DNA of 64,000 nucleotides from the human T2T-CHM13v2.0 reference genome, Homo sapiens. The stretch lies in assembly GCF_009914755.1 (NCBI RefSeq), contig NC_060933.1; one strand, given 5' to 3'. Below the pieces are notes generated by a model. That model made no database searches. It saw nothing but the letters and a program-made list of their open reading frames with translations, and was not told the DNA's origin. The translations under genes and the position numbers were made by a program. Below are positions 42,801 to 58,600 of the stretch, one piece after another. Each line of letters begins with the position of its first letter. Position 1 is the first letter of the stretch.

Positions 42801-45800
42801 CCATGCCATTCCACTCGGGTTGATTCCATTGCTTTCCATTCCATTTGGGTTGAATCTAATCCATTCCATTCCATTCCATTCCATTCCATTCCATTCCATT
42901 GCACTAGGTTTGATTCCATTTCACTGCATTCCATTCCATTCCATTCCATTAAATTCCATTCCACTCGGGTTGATTCCATTCCTTTCCATTCCATTCGTGT
43001 TGAATCCATTCCATTCCATTCCATTACTTTCGATTCCATTCCATTGCACTCGGGTTGAACCCATTCCATTGGATTCCATTCCATTCCATTGCATTCCATT
43101 CCGTTCCATTCCATTCCATTACATTCGTATTGATTCTATTCAATTCCCTTACACTCCATTCCATTCCATTCCATTCCTTTCGGGTTGTTTCCATTCCATT
43201 CCATTCCATTCCACTCCATTCCATTGCAATCGGGTTGATTCCATTCCTTTCCATTCCATTCCATTCCGTATGATTCCATTCCATTGCATTCCATTCCATT
43301 CCATTCCCCTGCACTCGGGTGGATTCCATTCTATTCCATTCCATTCCATTCCACTCTATTCCATTCCATTCCATTCCATTCCATTCCATTCCATTCCATT
43401 CCATTCCATTCTATTCGGGTTAATTTCATTCCATTCCATTCCATTCCATTCCATTCCATTCCATTCCATTGAAATCGAGTTGATTCCATTTCATTCCATT
43501 CCATTCCATTCCATTCCATTCCATTCCATTGCATTCTATTCCGGTTAATTCCATTCCATTCCATTCCATTCCATTCCCTTCCATTCCATTCCATTCCATT
43601 CAATTAGGGTTAATTCCATTCCATTCCATTCCATTACATTCCATTGCAATCGAGTTGATTCCAGTCCATTCCATTCCATTCCATTCAATTCCGGATGATT
43701 GCATTCCATTGCCTTCCATTCCATTCCATTCACCTGCACTCGGGTTGATTCCATTCCATTCCTTTCCATTCCATTCCATTCCATTCCATTCCATTCCATT
43801 CCATTCCATTTCGTTTCATTCCGTTCTATTCCGTACCATTCCATTCCATTCCATTACATTTCATTCCATTCCATTCCATGCCATTCCACTCGGGTTGATT
43901 CCATTCCTTTCCATTCCATTCGACTTGAATCCATTCCATTCCATTCCATTCCATTCCATTCCATTCCATTGCACACGGGTTCATTCCATTCCAATCCATT
44001 CCTTTCCATTCCATTCCATTGCACACGGGTTCATTCCATTCCATTCCATTCCATTACATTACATTCCATTTCGTTCCATTCCATTCTATTCCGTACCATT
44101 CCATTCCATTCCATTCCATTCCATTCCATTCCACTCCATTCCATGCCATTCCACTCGGGTTTATTCCATTCCTTTCCATTCCATTCGGGTTGAATCCATT
44201 CCATTCCATTCCATTCCATTCCATTCAATTCCATTACATAGCACTCGGGTTGATTCCATTGCATTCCATTCCATTCCATTGCATTCCATTCCATTCCATT
44301 CCATTCCATTCCATTCCATTCCATGCCATTCCACTCGGGTTGATTCCATTCCCTTCCATTCCATTCGAGTTGAACCCATTCCATTCCATTCCATTCCATT
44401 CCATTCCATTCCATTGCAATCGAATTGATTCCATTCCATTCCATTGCATTCCATTCCATTCCATTCCATTGCACTAGGTTTGATTCCATTCCACTGCATT
44501 CCATTCCATTCCATTCCATTCCATTCCGTTCCATTCCATTCCATTACATTCGGTTTGATTGTATTCAATTCCCTTACACTCCATTTCATTCCATTCCATT
44601 CAGGTTGTTTCCATTCCATTCCAATCCATTCCACTCCATTCCATTGCACTCGGGTTGATTGCATTCCATTCCATTCCATTCTACTCCATTTCGTTCCATT
44701 CCATTCTATTCTGTAGCATTCCATTCCATTCCATTCCAATCCATTCCATTCCATGCCATTCCACTTGGGTTGATTCCCTTCCTTTCCATTCCATTCGGGT
44801 TGAATCCATTCCATTCCATTGCATTCCATTCCATTCCATTCCCCTGCACTCGGGTTCATTACCTTCCATTCCATTTACTTCCATTCCATTCCATTCCATT
44901 CTATTCGGGTTAATTCCATTCCATTCCATTGCATTCCATTGCATTGCATTCCATTCCATTCCATTCCATGCCATTCCATTCCATTCCATTGCAATCGAGT
45001 TGATTCCATTCCATTCCATTCAATTCCGGATGATTCCATTCCATTGCCTTCAATTCCATTCCATTCCCCTGCACTCGGTTTGATTCCATTCCATTCCATT
45101 CCATTCCATTCCATTCCATTCCATTTCGTTCCATTCCATTCTATTCCGTACCATTCCATTCTATTCCATTCCATTCCATTCCACTCCACTCCATGCCATT
45201 CCACTCGGGTTTATTCCATTCCTTTCCATTCCATTCGGGTTGAATCCATTCCATTCCATTCCATTCCATTCGATTCCATTACATTGCACTCGGGTTGATT
45301 CCATTGCATTCCATTCCATTACATTCCATTGCATTCCATTCCATTCCATTCCCCTGCACTCAGGTTGATTCCATTCGATTCCTTTCCATTCCATTCCATT
45401 CGGGTTGTTTCCATTCCATTCCATTCCATTCCACTCCATTCCATTGCAATCGGGTTGATTCCATTCCATTCCATTGCATTCCATTCCATTCCATTCCATT
45501 CCGAATGATTCCATTCCATTGCATTCCATTCCATTCCATTCCCCTGCACTCGGTTGGATTACATTCTATTCCATTCCATTCCATTCCATTCCATTCCATT
45601 CCATTCCATTCAATTCAGGATAATTTCATTCCATTCCATTCCATTCCCTTCCATTCCATTCCATTCCATTCCATTCCATTGAAATCGAGTTGATTCCATT
45701 CCATTCCATTCCATTCCATTCCATTCCATTCCATTCTATTCGGGTTAATTCCATTCCATTCCATTCCATTCCATTCCCTTCTATTCCATTCCATTCGATT

Positions 45801-46640
45801 CCATTCTATTCTATTAGGGTTAATTCCATTCCATTCCATTCCATTCCATTCCATTCCATTCCATTCCACTCCATTCCATGCCATTCCACTCGGGTTTATT
45901 CCATTCCTTTCCATTCCATTTGGGTTGAATCCATTCCATTCCATTCCATTCCATTCCATTCCATTCCATTCCATTCCATTCCATGCCATTGCACTCGGGT
46001 TGATTCCATTCCTTTCCATTCCATTCGAATTGAACCCATTCCATTCCATTCCATTCCATTCCATTCCATTCCATTCCATTGCTCACGGGTTCATTCCTTT
46101 CCATTCCATTCCATTCCATTCCATTCCATTCCATTCCATTTCGTTCCATTCCATTCTACTCCGTACCATTCCATTCCATTCCATTCCCTTCCATGCCATT
46201 TCACTCGGGTTTATTCCATTCCTTTCCATTCCATTCGGGTTGAATCCATTCCATTCCATTCCATTCCATTCCATTCCATTCCATTGCGCTCGGGTTGATT
46301 CCATTCCATTCTATGCCATTCCATTTCATTCCATTCCATTCCATTCCATTCCATTCCATTCCATTCCATTCCTTTCCTTTCAATTCCATTCCATTACATT
46401 CGGATTGATTCTTTTTAATTCCCTTACACTCCATTCCATTCCATTCCATTCGGGTACTTTCCATTCCATTCCATTCCATTCCACTGCATTCTATTGCACT
46501 CGCGTTGATTGATTCCATTCCATTGCATTCCATTCCATTCCATTCCATTCCATTCCATTCCATACCATTCCATTCCATTCTGTTCAGGTTAATTCCATTC
46601 CATTCCATTCCCTTCCATTCCATTCCATTCCATTCCATCC

Positions 46641-49600
46641 CATTCCGTTCCATTCCATTTCATTACATTCAGATTTATTCTATTCAATTCCCTTACACTC
46701 CATTATATTCCAATCCATTCTGGTTGTTTCCATTCCATTCCATTCCATTTCACTCCTTTCCATTGCACTCGGGTTGATTCCATTCCATTCCATTCCATTG
46801 CATTCCATTCCATTCCATTCCGGATGATTCCATTCCATTGCATTCCATTCCATTCCATTCCCCTGCACTCGGTTTGATTCCATTCCATTCCATTCCATTA
46901 CATTCCGTTCCATTCCATTCCATTCCATTCGGATTGATTCTATTCAATTCCCTTACACTCCATTACATTGCATTCCATTCGGGTAGTTTCCATTCCATTC
47001 CATTCCATTCCATTCCATTCCTCTCCATTCCATTGCACTCGGGTTGATTCCATTCCATTGCATTCCATTCCATTCCATTCAATTCCATTCCGTTCCATTC
47101 CATTCCATTACATTTGGATTGATTCTATTCAACTCCCTTACTCTCCATTACATTCCATTCCATTCGGGTTGTTTCATTCCATTCCATTCCATTCCACTCC
47201 ATTCCATTGCACTCGGGTTGATTCCATTCCATTCCATTCCATTCCATTCCATTCCATTCCACTCCATTCCAGTCCTTTCCATTCCATTCCACTCGGGTTG
47301 ATTCCAATGTATTCCTTTCCATTCCATTCCATTCCATTGCAATCGTGTTGATTCCATTGCTTTGCATTCCATTCCATTCCATTCCATTCCGGATGATTCC
47401 ATTCCATTGCATTCCATTCCATTCCATTCCCTTGCACTCGGGTTGATTCCATTCCATTCCACTCCATTCCGTTCCATTCCATTCCATTGCATTGTATTCG
47501 GGTTAATTCCATTCCATTCCATTCCATTCCATTCCATTCCATTCCATTCCATTCCATTCCATTACAATCGAGTTGATTCCATTCCACTCCATTCCATTCC
47601 AGTCCTTTCCATTCCATTCCACTCGGGTTGATTCCATTCTATTAGTTTCCATTCCATTCCATTCCCTTCCATTCCACTCTGGTTGATTCCATTCCTTTCC
47701 ATTCCACTCGAATACATTCCCTCCTATTCCACTCGGAAAGATTCCATTCCATTCCATTCCATTCCATTCCATTCCATTCCATTCCATTCCATTCCATTTC
47801 GTTCCATTCCATTCTATTCCGTATGATTCCATTCCATTCCATTCCATTCCATTCCATTCCATTCCATTCCATTCCATTCCATTGTACTCGGGTTGATTCA
47901 ATTCCATTGCATTCCATTCCATTCCATTCCGTTGCATTCCATTCCATTACATTCGGATTGATTCTATTAAACTCCCTTACTCTCCATTACATTCCATTCC
48001 ATTCGGGTTGTTCCATTCCATTCCATTCCATTCCACTCCATTCCATTGCACTCGGGTTGATTCCATTCCATTCCATTCCTTTCCGGATGATTCCGTTCCA
48101 TTGTATTCCGTTCCATTACATTCCCCTACACTCGCGTTGATTCCATTCCATTCCATTCCATTCCATTCAATTCCATTCCATTACAATTCGTTCCATTCCA
48201 TTCTATTCCGTACCATTCCATTCCATTCCATACCATACCATTCCATTCCATTCCATTCCATTCCATTCCATTCCATTTTATTCGGATTAATTCCATTCCA
48301 TTCCATTCCATTCCATTCTATTCCATTCCATTGCAATCGAGTTGAATCCATTGCATTTCATTCCATTCCATTGCGTTCCATTCCATTCCGGAAGATTCCA
48401 TTCCATTGCATTCCATTCCATTCCATTCCCCTGCACTCGCGTTGATTCCATTCCATTCCATTCCATTCCATTCCATTCCATTCCATTCCGTTCCGTTCCA
48501 TTCCATTCCATTCCATTCCGTTCCGTTCCATTCCATTCCATTCCATTCTATTCGGGTTAATTCCATTCCATTCCATTCGATTGCAATCGAGTTGATTCCA
48601 TTCCATTCCATTCCATTCCATTCCATTCCATTCCATTCCTTTCCATTCCATTACGGATGATTCCATTCCATTGCATTCCATTCCATTCCATTCCCCTGTA
48701 CTCGGGTTGATTCCATTCCATTCCATTCCAATCCATGCCATTCCACTCGTGTTGATTCCATTCTTTCCATTCCATTCAAGTTGAATCCATTCCATTGCAT
48801 TCCATTCCATTCGATTCCATTCGATTGCACTCGGGTTGATTCCATTCCATTGCATTCCATTCCATTCCATTCCATTCCATTCCATTCCATTCCATTCCGT
48901 TCAATTCCATTCCATTACATTCGGATTGATTCTATTCAATTCCCTTACACTCCATTACATTCCATTCCATTCGGGTAGTTTCCATTCCATTCCATTCCAT
49001 TCCTCTCCATTCCATTGCACTCGGGTTGATTCCATTCCATTGCATTCCATTCAATTCCATTCCGTTCCATTCCATTCCATTACATTCGGATTGATTCTAT
49101 TCAACTCCCTTACTCTCCATTACATTCCATTCCATTCGGGTTGTTCCATTCCATTCCATTCCATTCCACTCCATTCCATTGCACTCGGGTTGATTCCATT
49201 CCATTCCATTCCATTCCATTCCATTCCGGAAGATTCCATTCCATTGCATTCCATTCCATTCCATTCCCCTGCACTCGCGTTGATTCCATTCCATTCCATT
49301 CCACTCCATTGCATTCCATTCCATTCCTTTCCGTTCCATTCCATTCCATTCCATTCCATTCCAATCCATTCCATTCCGTTCCGTTCCGTTCCATTCCATT
49401 CCATTCCATTCTATTCGGGTTAATTCCATTCCATTCCATTCGATTGCAATCGAGTTGATTCCATTCCATTCCATTCCATTCCATTCCATTCCATTCCATT
49501 CCATTCCTTTCCATTCCATTACGGATGATTACATTCCATTGCATTCCATTCCATTCCATTCCCCTGTACTCGGGTTCATTCCATTCCATTCCATTCCAAT

Positions 49601-52600
49601 CCATGCCATTCCACTCGTGTTGATTCCATTCTTTCCATTCCATTCAAGTTGAATCCATACCATTGCATTCCCTTCCATTCCATTCCCCTGCAGTCGGGTT
49701 GATTCCATTCCATTCCATTCCATTCCGTTCCATTCCATTCCATTCCGTTCTGTTCCATTCCATTGCATTCCATTCTATTCGGGTTAATTCCATTCCATTC
49801 CATTCCATTCCATTCCAATCGAGTTGATTCCATTCGATTCCATTCCATTCCATTCCACTCCATTCCAGTCCTTTCCTTTCCATTCCACTCGGGTTGATTC
49901 CAATGTATTCCTTTCCATTCCATTCCATTCCACTGCAATCGAGTTGATTCCATTGCTTTGCCTTCCATTCCATTCCATTCCATTCCGGGTGATTCCATTC
50001 CATTGCATTCCATTCCATTCCATTCCCCTGCACTCGGGTTGATTCCATTCCATTCCACTGCATTCCATTCCATTCCATTCCATTCCATTACAATCAAGTT
50101 GATTCCATTCCATTCCATTCCATTCCAGTCCTTTCCATTCCATTCCACTCGGTTTGATTCCATTCCATTAGTTTCCATTCCATTTCATTTCCTTCCATTC
50201 CACTCTGGTTGATTCCATTCCTTTCCATTCCACTCGAATACATTCCCTCCTATTCCACTCGGAACTATTCCATTCCATTCCATTCCATTCCATTCCATTC
50301 CATTCCATTCCATTTCGTTCCATTCCATTCTATTCCGTATCATTCCATTTCATTCCATTCCATTCCATTCCATTCCATTCCATTCCATTCCATTCCATTG
50401 TACTCGGGTTGATTCCATTCCATTGCATTCCATTCTATTCCATTCCATTCCATTCCGTTGCATTCCATTCCATTACATTCGGATTCATTCTATTCAACTC
50501 CCTTACTCTCCATTACATTCCATTCCATTCGGGTTGTTCCATTCCATTCCATTCCATTCCAATCCATTCCATTGCACTCGGGTTGATTCCATTCCATTCC
50601 ATTCCATTCCATTGCATTCCATTCCGGATGATTCCATTCCATTGCATTCCGTTCCATTACATTCCCCTGCACTCGCGTTGATTCCATTCCATTCCATTCC
50701 ATTCCATTCAATTCCATTCCATTACAATTCGTTCCATTCTATTCTATTCCGTACCATTCCATTCCATTCCATACCATTCCATTCCATTCCATTCCATTCC
50801 ATTCCGTTCCATTCCGTTCCATTCCATTCCATTCCATTCTATCTTGGTTAATTCCATTCCATTCCATTCCATTCCATTCCATTCTATTCCATTCCATTGC
50901 AATCGAGTTGAATCCATTGCATTTCATTCCATTCCATTCCATTCCATTCCATTCCATTCCATTCCGGAAGATTCCATTCCATTGCATTCCATTCCATTCC
51001 ATTCCCTTGCACTCGCGTTGATTCCATTCCATTCCATTCCATTCCATTCCATTCCTTTCCGTTCCATTCCATTCCATTCCATTCCATTCCATTCCAATGC
51101 ATTCCATTCCGTTCCGTTCCGTTCCATTCCATTCCATTCCATTCTATTCGGGTTAATTCCATTCCATTCCGTTCGATTGCAATCGAGTTGATTCCATTCC
51201 ATTCCATTCAATTCCATTCCATTCCGTTCCATTCCTTTCCATTCCATTACGGATGATTCCATTCCATTGCATTCCATTCCATTCCATTCCCCTGTACTCG
51301 GGTTGATTCCATTCCATTCCATTCCAATCCATGCCATTCCACTCGCGTTGATTCCATTCTTTCCATTCCATTCAAGTTGAATCCATTCCATTGCATTCCA
51401 TTCCATTCCATTCCCCTGAAGTCGGGTTGTTTCCATTCCATTCCATTCCATTCCATTCCATTCCATTCCGTTCCGTTCCATTCCATTCTATTCGGGTTAA
51501 TTCCATTCCATTCCATTCCATTCCATTCCATTGCATTCCAATCTGGTTGATTCCGTTCCATTCCATTCCATTCCATTCCACTCCATTCCAGTCCTTTCCA
51601 TTCCATTCCACTCGGGTTGATTCCAATGTATTCCTTTCCATTCCATTCCATTCCATTGCAATCGAGTTGATTCCATTGCTTTGCATTCCATTCCATTCCA
51701 TTCCATTCCGGATGATTCCATTCCATTGCATTCCATTCCATTCCATTCCCCTGCACTCGGGTTGATTCCATTCCATCCCACTCCATTCCGTTCCATTCCA
51801 TTCCATTGCATTGTATTCGGGTTAATTGCATTCCATTCCATTCCATTCCATTCCATTCCATTCCATTCCATTACAATCGAGTTGATTCCATTCCATTCCA
51901 TTCCATTCCAGTCATTTCCATTCCATTCCACTCGGGTTGATTCCATTCTATTAGTTTCCATTCCATTCCATTCCCTTCCATTCCACTCTGGTTGATTCCA
52001 TTCCTTTCCATTCCACTCGAATACATTCCCTCCTATTCCACTGGGAACGATTCCATTCCATTCCGTTGCATTCCATTCCATTACATTCGGATTGATTCTA
52101 TTCAACTCCCTTACTCTCCATTACATTCCATTCCATTCGGGTTGTTCCATTCCATTCCATTCCATTCCAATCCATTCCATTGCACTCGGGTTGATTCCAT
52201 TCCATTCCATTCCATTCCGGATGATTCCATTCCATTGCATTCCGTTCCATTACATTCCCCTGCACTCGCGTTGATTCCATTCCATTCCATTCCATTCCAT
52301 TCAATTCCATTCCATTACAATTCGTTCCATTCCATTCTATACCGTACCATTCCATTCCATTCCATACCATTCCATTCCATTCCATTCCATTCCATTCCAT
52401 TCCATTCTATTCGGATTAATTCCATTCCATTCCATTCCATTCCATTCTATTCCATTCCATTGCAATAGAGTTGAATCCATTGCATTTCATTCCATTCCAT
52501 TCCATTCCATTCCATTCCATTCCATTCCATTCCGGAAGATTCCATTCCATTGCATTCCATTCCATTCCATTCCCCTGCACTCGCATTGATTCCATTCCAT

Positions 52601-55600
52601 TCCATTCCATTCCATTCCATTCCGTTCCGTTCCATTCCATTCCATTCCATTCCATTCCATTCCGTTCCGTTCCATTCCATTCCATTCCATTCTATTCGGT
52701 TTAATTCCATTCCATTCCATTACATTCCATTCCATTCCATTCCATTCCAATCGAGTTGTTTCCATTCCATTCCATTCCATTCCATTCCATTCCACTCCAT
52801 TCCAGTCCTTTCCATTCCATTCCACTCGGGTTGATTCCAATGTATTCCTTTCCATTCCATTCCATTCGATTGCAATCGAGTTGATTCCATTCCATTCCAT
52901 TCCATTCCATTCCATTCCATTCCATTCCTTTCCATTCCATTACGGATGATTCCATTCCATTCCATTCCATTCCATTCCATTCCCCTGTACTCGGGTTGAT
53001 TCCATTCCATTCCATTCCAATTCATGCCATTCCACTCGTGTTGATTCCATTCTTTCCATTCCATTCAAGTTGAATCCATTCCATTGCATTCAATTCCATT
53101 CGATTCCATTCGATTGCACTCGGGTTGATTCCATTCCATTGCATTCCATTCCATTCCATTCCATTCCGTTCCATTCCATTCCATTACATTCGGATTGATT
53201 CTATTCAATTCCCTTACACTCCATTCCATTCCATTCCATTCGGGTAGTTTCCATTCCATTCCATTCCATTCCTCTCCTTTCCATTGCACTCGGGTTGATT
53301 CCATTCCATTGCATTCCATTCCATTCCATTCAATTCCATTCCGTTCTATTCCATTCCATTACATTCGGATTGATTCTATTCAACTCCCTTACTCTCCATT
53401 ACATTCCATTCCATTCGGGTTTTTCCATTCCATTCCATTCCATTCCACTCCATTCCATTGCACTAGGGTTGATTCCATTCCATTCCATTCCATTCCATTC
53501 CATTCCATTCCATTTCATTCCATTCCGGAAGATTCCATTCCATTGCATTCCATTCCATTCCATTCCCCTGCATTCGTGTTTATTCCATTCCATTCCATTC
53601 TATTCCATTCCATTCCCTTCCTTTCCATTCCATTCCATTCCATTCCATTCCATTCCATTCCATTCCGTTCCGTTCCATTACATTCCATTCCATTCTATTC
53701 GGGTTAATTCCATTCCATTCCATTCGATTGCAATCGAGTTGATTCCATTCCATTCCATTCCATTCCATTCCATTCTATTCCTTTCCATTCCATTACGGAT
53801 GATTCCATTCCATTGCATTCCATTCCATTCCATTCCCCTGCACTGGCGTTGATTCCATTCCATTCCATTCCTTTCCATTCCATTCCTTTCCGTTCCATTC
53901 CATTCCATTCCATTCCATTCCAATCCATTCCATTCCGTTCCGTTCCGTTCCATTCCATTCCATTCCATTCTATTCGGGTTAATTCCATTCCATTCCGTTC
54001 GATTGCAATCGAGTTGATTCCATTCCATTCCATTCCATTCCATTCCATTCCTTTCCATTCCATTACGGATGATTCCATTCCATTGCATTCCATTCCATTC
54101 CATTCCCCTGTACTCGGGTTGATTCCATTCCATTCCATTCCAATCCATGCCATTCCACTCGTGTTGATTCCATTCTTTCCATTCCATTCAAGTTGAATCC
54201 ATTCCATTGCATTCCATTCCATTAAATTACCCTGCAGTCGGGTTGTTTCCATTCCATTCCATTCCATTCCATTCCATTCCATTCCATTCCGTTCCGTTCC
54301 ATTCCATTCCATTCCATTCTATTCGGTTTAATTCCATTCCATTCCATTCCATTCCATTCCATTCCATTCCATTCCAATCGAGTTGATTCCATTCCATTCC
54401 ATTCCATTCCATTCCCTTCCACTCCATTCCAGTCCTTTCCATTCCATTCCACTCGGGTTGATTCCAATGTATTCCTTTCCATTCCATTCCATTCGATTGC
54501 AATCGAGTTGATTCCATTCCATTCCATTCCATTCCATTCCATTCCGGAAGATTCCATTCCATTGCATTCCATTCCATTCCATTCCCTTGCACTCGCGTTG
54601 ATTCCATTCCATTCCATTCCATTCCATTCCATTCATTTCCGTTCCATTCCATTCCTTTCCGTTCCATTCCATTCCATTCCATTCCATTCCATTCCAATGC
54701 ATTCCATTCCGTTCCGTTCCGTTCCATTCCATTCCATTCCATTCTATTCGGGTTAATTCCATTCCATTCCATTCGATTGCAATCGAGTTGATTCCATTCC
54801 ATTCCATTCAATTCCATTCCATTCCATTCCATTCCTTTCCATTGCATTACGGATGATTCCATTCCATTGCATTCCATTCCATTCCATTCCCCTGTACTCG
54901 GGTTGATTCCTTTCCATTCCATTCCAATCCATGCCATTCCACTCTCGTTGATTCCATTCTTTCCATTCCATTCAAGTTGAATCCATTCCATTGCATTCCA
55001 TTCCATTCCATTCCCCTGCAGTCGGGTTGTTTCCATTCCATTCCATTCCATTCCATTCCATTCCATTCCATTCCATTCCAATCGGGTTGATTCCATTCCA
55101 TTCCATTCCATTCCATTCCACTCCATTCCAGTCCTTTCCATTCCATTCCACTCGGGTTGATTCCAATGTATTCCTTTCCATTCCATTCCATTCCATTGCA
55201 ATCGAGTTGATTCCATTGCTTTGCATTCCATTCCATTCCATTCCATTCCGGATGATTCCATTCCATTGCATTCCATTCCATTCCATTCCCCTGCACTCGG
55301 GTTGATTCCATTCCATCCCACTCCATTCCGTTCCATTCCATTCCATTGCATTGTATTCGGGTTAATTCCATTCCATTCCATTCCATTCCATTCCATTCCA
55401 TTCCATTCCATTCCATTCCATTACAATCGAGTTGATTCCATTCCATTCCATTCCATTCCAGTCCTTTCCATTCCATTCCACTCGGGTTGATTCCATTCTA
55501 TTAGTTTCCATTCCATTCCATTCCCTTCCATTCCACTCTGGTTGATTCCATTCCTTTCCATTCCACTCGAATACTTTCCCTCCTATTCCACTCGGAACGA

Positions 55601-58600
55601 TTCCATTCCATTCCATTCCATTCCATTCCATTCCGTTCCATTCCATTTCGTTCCATTCCATTCTATTCCGTATCATTCCATTCCATTCCATTCCATTCCA
55701 TTCCATTCCATTCCATTCCATTGTACTCGGGTTGATTCAATTCCATTGCATTCCATTCCATTCCATTCCATTCCATTCCGTTCCATTCCATTCCATTATA
55801 TTCGGATTGATTCTATTCAACTCACTTACTCTCCATTACATTCCATTGCACTCGGGTTGATTCCATTCCATTCCATTCCATTCCATTCCATTCCATTCCA
55901 TTCCGGAAGATTCCATTCCATTGCATTCCATTCCATTCCATTCCCCTGCACTCGGGTTGATTCCATTCCATTCCATTCCATTCCATTCCATTCCGTTCCG
56001 TTCCATTCCATTCCATTCCATTCCATTCCATTCCATTCCGTTCCGCTCCATTCCATTCCATTCCATTCTATTCGAGTTAATTCCATTCCATTCCATTCGA
56101 TTGCAATCGAGTTGATTCCATTCCATTCCATTCCATTCCATTCCATTCCATTCCTTTCCATTCCATTACGGATGATTCCATTCCATTCCATTCCATTCCA
56201 TTCCATTCCCCTGTACTCGGGTTGATTCCATTCCATTCCATTCCAATCCATGCCATTCCACTCGTGTTGATTCCATTCTTTCCATTCCATTCAAGATGAA
56301 TCCATTCCATTGCATTCCATTCCATTCGATTCCATTCGATTGCACTCGGGTTGATTCCATTCCATTGCATTCCATTACATTCCATTCCATTCCATTCCAT
56401 TCCATTCCGTTCCATTCCATTCCATTACATTCGGATTGATTCTATTCAATTCCCTTACACTCCATTCCATTCCATTCCATTCGGGTAGTTTCCATTCCAT
56501 TCCACTCCATTCCTCTCCTTTCCATTGCACTCGGGTTGATTCCATTCCATTGCATTCCATTCCATTCCATTCAATTCCATTCCGTTCTATTCCATTCCAT
56601 TACATTCGGATTGATTCTATTCAACTCCCTTACTCTCCATTACATTCCATTCCATTCGGGTTGTTCCATTCCATTCCATTCCATTCCACTCCATTCCATT
56701 GCACTCGGGTTGATTCCATTCCATTCCATTCCATTCCATTTCATTCCATTCCGGAAGATTCCATTCCATTGCATTCCATTCCATTCCATTCCCCTGCACT
56801 CGTGTTTATTCCATTCCATTCCATTGTATTCCATTCCATTCCCTTCCTTTCCATTCCATTCCATTCCATTCCATTCCATTCTATTCCGTTCCGTTCCACT
56901 CCATTCCATTCCATTCCATTCTATTTGGTTAATTCCATTCCATTCCATTCGATTGCAATCGAGTTGATTCCTTTCCATTCCATTCCATTCCATTCCATTC
57001 CATTCCATTCCTTTCCATTCCATTACGGATGATTCCATTCAATTGCATTCCATTCCATTCCTTTCCCCTGTACTCGGGTTGATTCCATTCCATTCCATTC
57101 CAATCCATGCCATTCCACTCGTGTTGATTCCATTCTTTCCATTCCATTCAAGTTGAATCCATTCCATTGCATTCCATTCCATTCGATTCCATTCGATTGC
57201 ACTCGGGTTGATTCCATTCCTTTGCATTCCATTCCATTCCATTCCATTCCATTCCATTCCATTCCATTCCGTTCCATTCCATTTCATTACATTCAGATTT
57301 ATTCTATTCAATTCCCTTACACTCCATTATATTCCAATCCATTCTGGTTGTTTCCATTCAATTCCATTCCATTTCACTCCTTTCCATTGCACTCGGGTTG
57401 ATTCCATTCCATTCCATTCCATTGCATTCCATTCCAGTCCATTCCGGATTATTCCATTCCATTGCATTCCATTCCATTCCATTCCCCTGCACTCGGGTTG
57501 ATTCCATTCCATTCCATTCCATTACATTCCGTTCCATTCCATTCCATTCCATTCGGATTGATTCTATTCAATTCCCTTACACTCCATTACATTCCATTCC
57601 ATTCGGGTAGTTTCCATTCCATTCCATTCCATTCCTCTCCATTCCATTGCACTCGGGTTGATTCCATTCCATTGCATTCCATTCCATTCCATTCAATTCC
57701 ATTCCGTTCCATTCCATTCCGTTACATTTGGATTGATTCTATTCAACTCCCTTACTCTCCATTACATTCCATTCCATTCGGGTTGTTTCATTCCATTCCA
57801 TTCCATTCCACTCCATTCCATTGCACTCGGGTTGATTCCATTCCATTCCATTCCATTCCATTCCATTCCATTATGGAAGATTCCATTCCATTGCATTCCA
57901 TTCCATTCCATTCCCCTGCACTCGCGTTGATTCCATTCCATTCCATTCTATTCCGTTCCATTCCCTTCCTTTCCGTTCCATTCCATTCCATTCCATTCCG
58001 TTCCGTTCCATTACATTCCATTCCATTCTATTCGGGTTAATTCCATTCCATTCCATTCGATTGCAATCGAGTTGATTCCATTCCATTCCATTCCATTATA
58101 TTCCATTCTATTCCTTTCCATTCCATTACGGATGATTCCATTCCATTGCATTCCATTCCATTCCATTCCCCTGCACTGGCGTTGATTCCATTCCATTCCA
58201 TTCCATTCCATTCCATTCCTTTCCGTTCCATTCCATTCCATTCCATTCCATTCCAATCCATTCCATTCCGTTCCGTTCCGTTCCATTCCATTCCATTCCA
58301 TTCTATTCGGGTTAATTCCATTCCATTGCGTTCGATTGCAATTGAGTTGATTCCATTCCATTCCATTCCATTCTTTTCCATTCCATTGCAACCGAGTTGA
58401 ATCCGTTGCATTTCATTCCATTCCATTCCATTCCATTCCGGAAGATTCCATTCCATTGCATTCCATTCCATGCCATTCCCCTGCACTCGCGTTGATTCCA
58501 TTCCATTCCATTCCATTCCATTCCATTCCATTCCATTCCGTTCCGTTCTGTTCCATTCCATTCCATTCCATTCCATTCCATTCCGTTCCGTTCCATTCCA

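Larger units (their letters stand above)
23261..46640 (+). repeat. HSat3 sub-array, dialect B (block B2)
   Basis: Same module set as 4001-18040. No CCGGAAG, CAACTCCC or TTCAAGTTG modules seen. Contains three tandem duplications. Confidence 0.75.
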
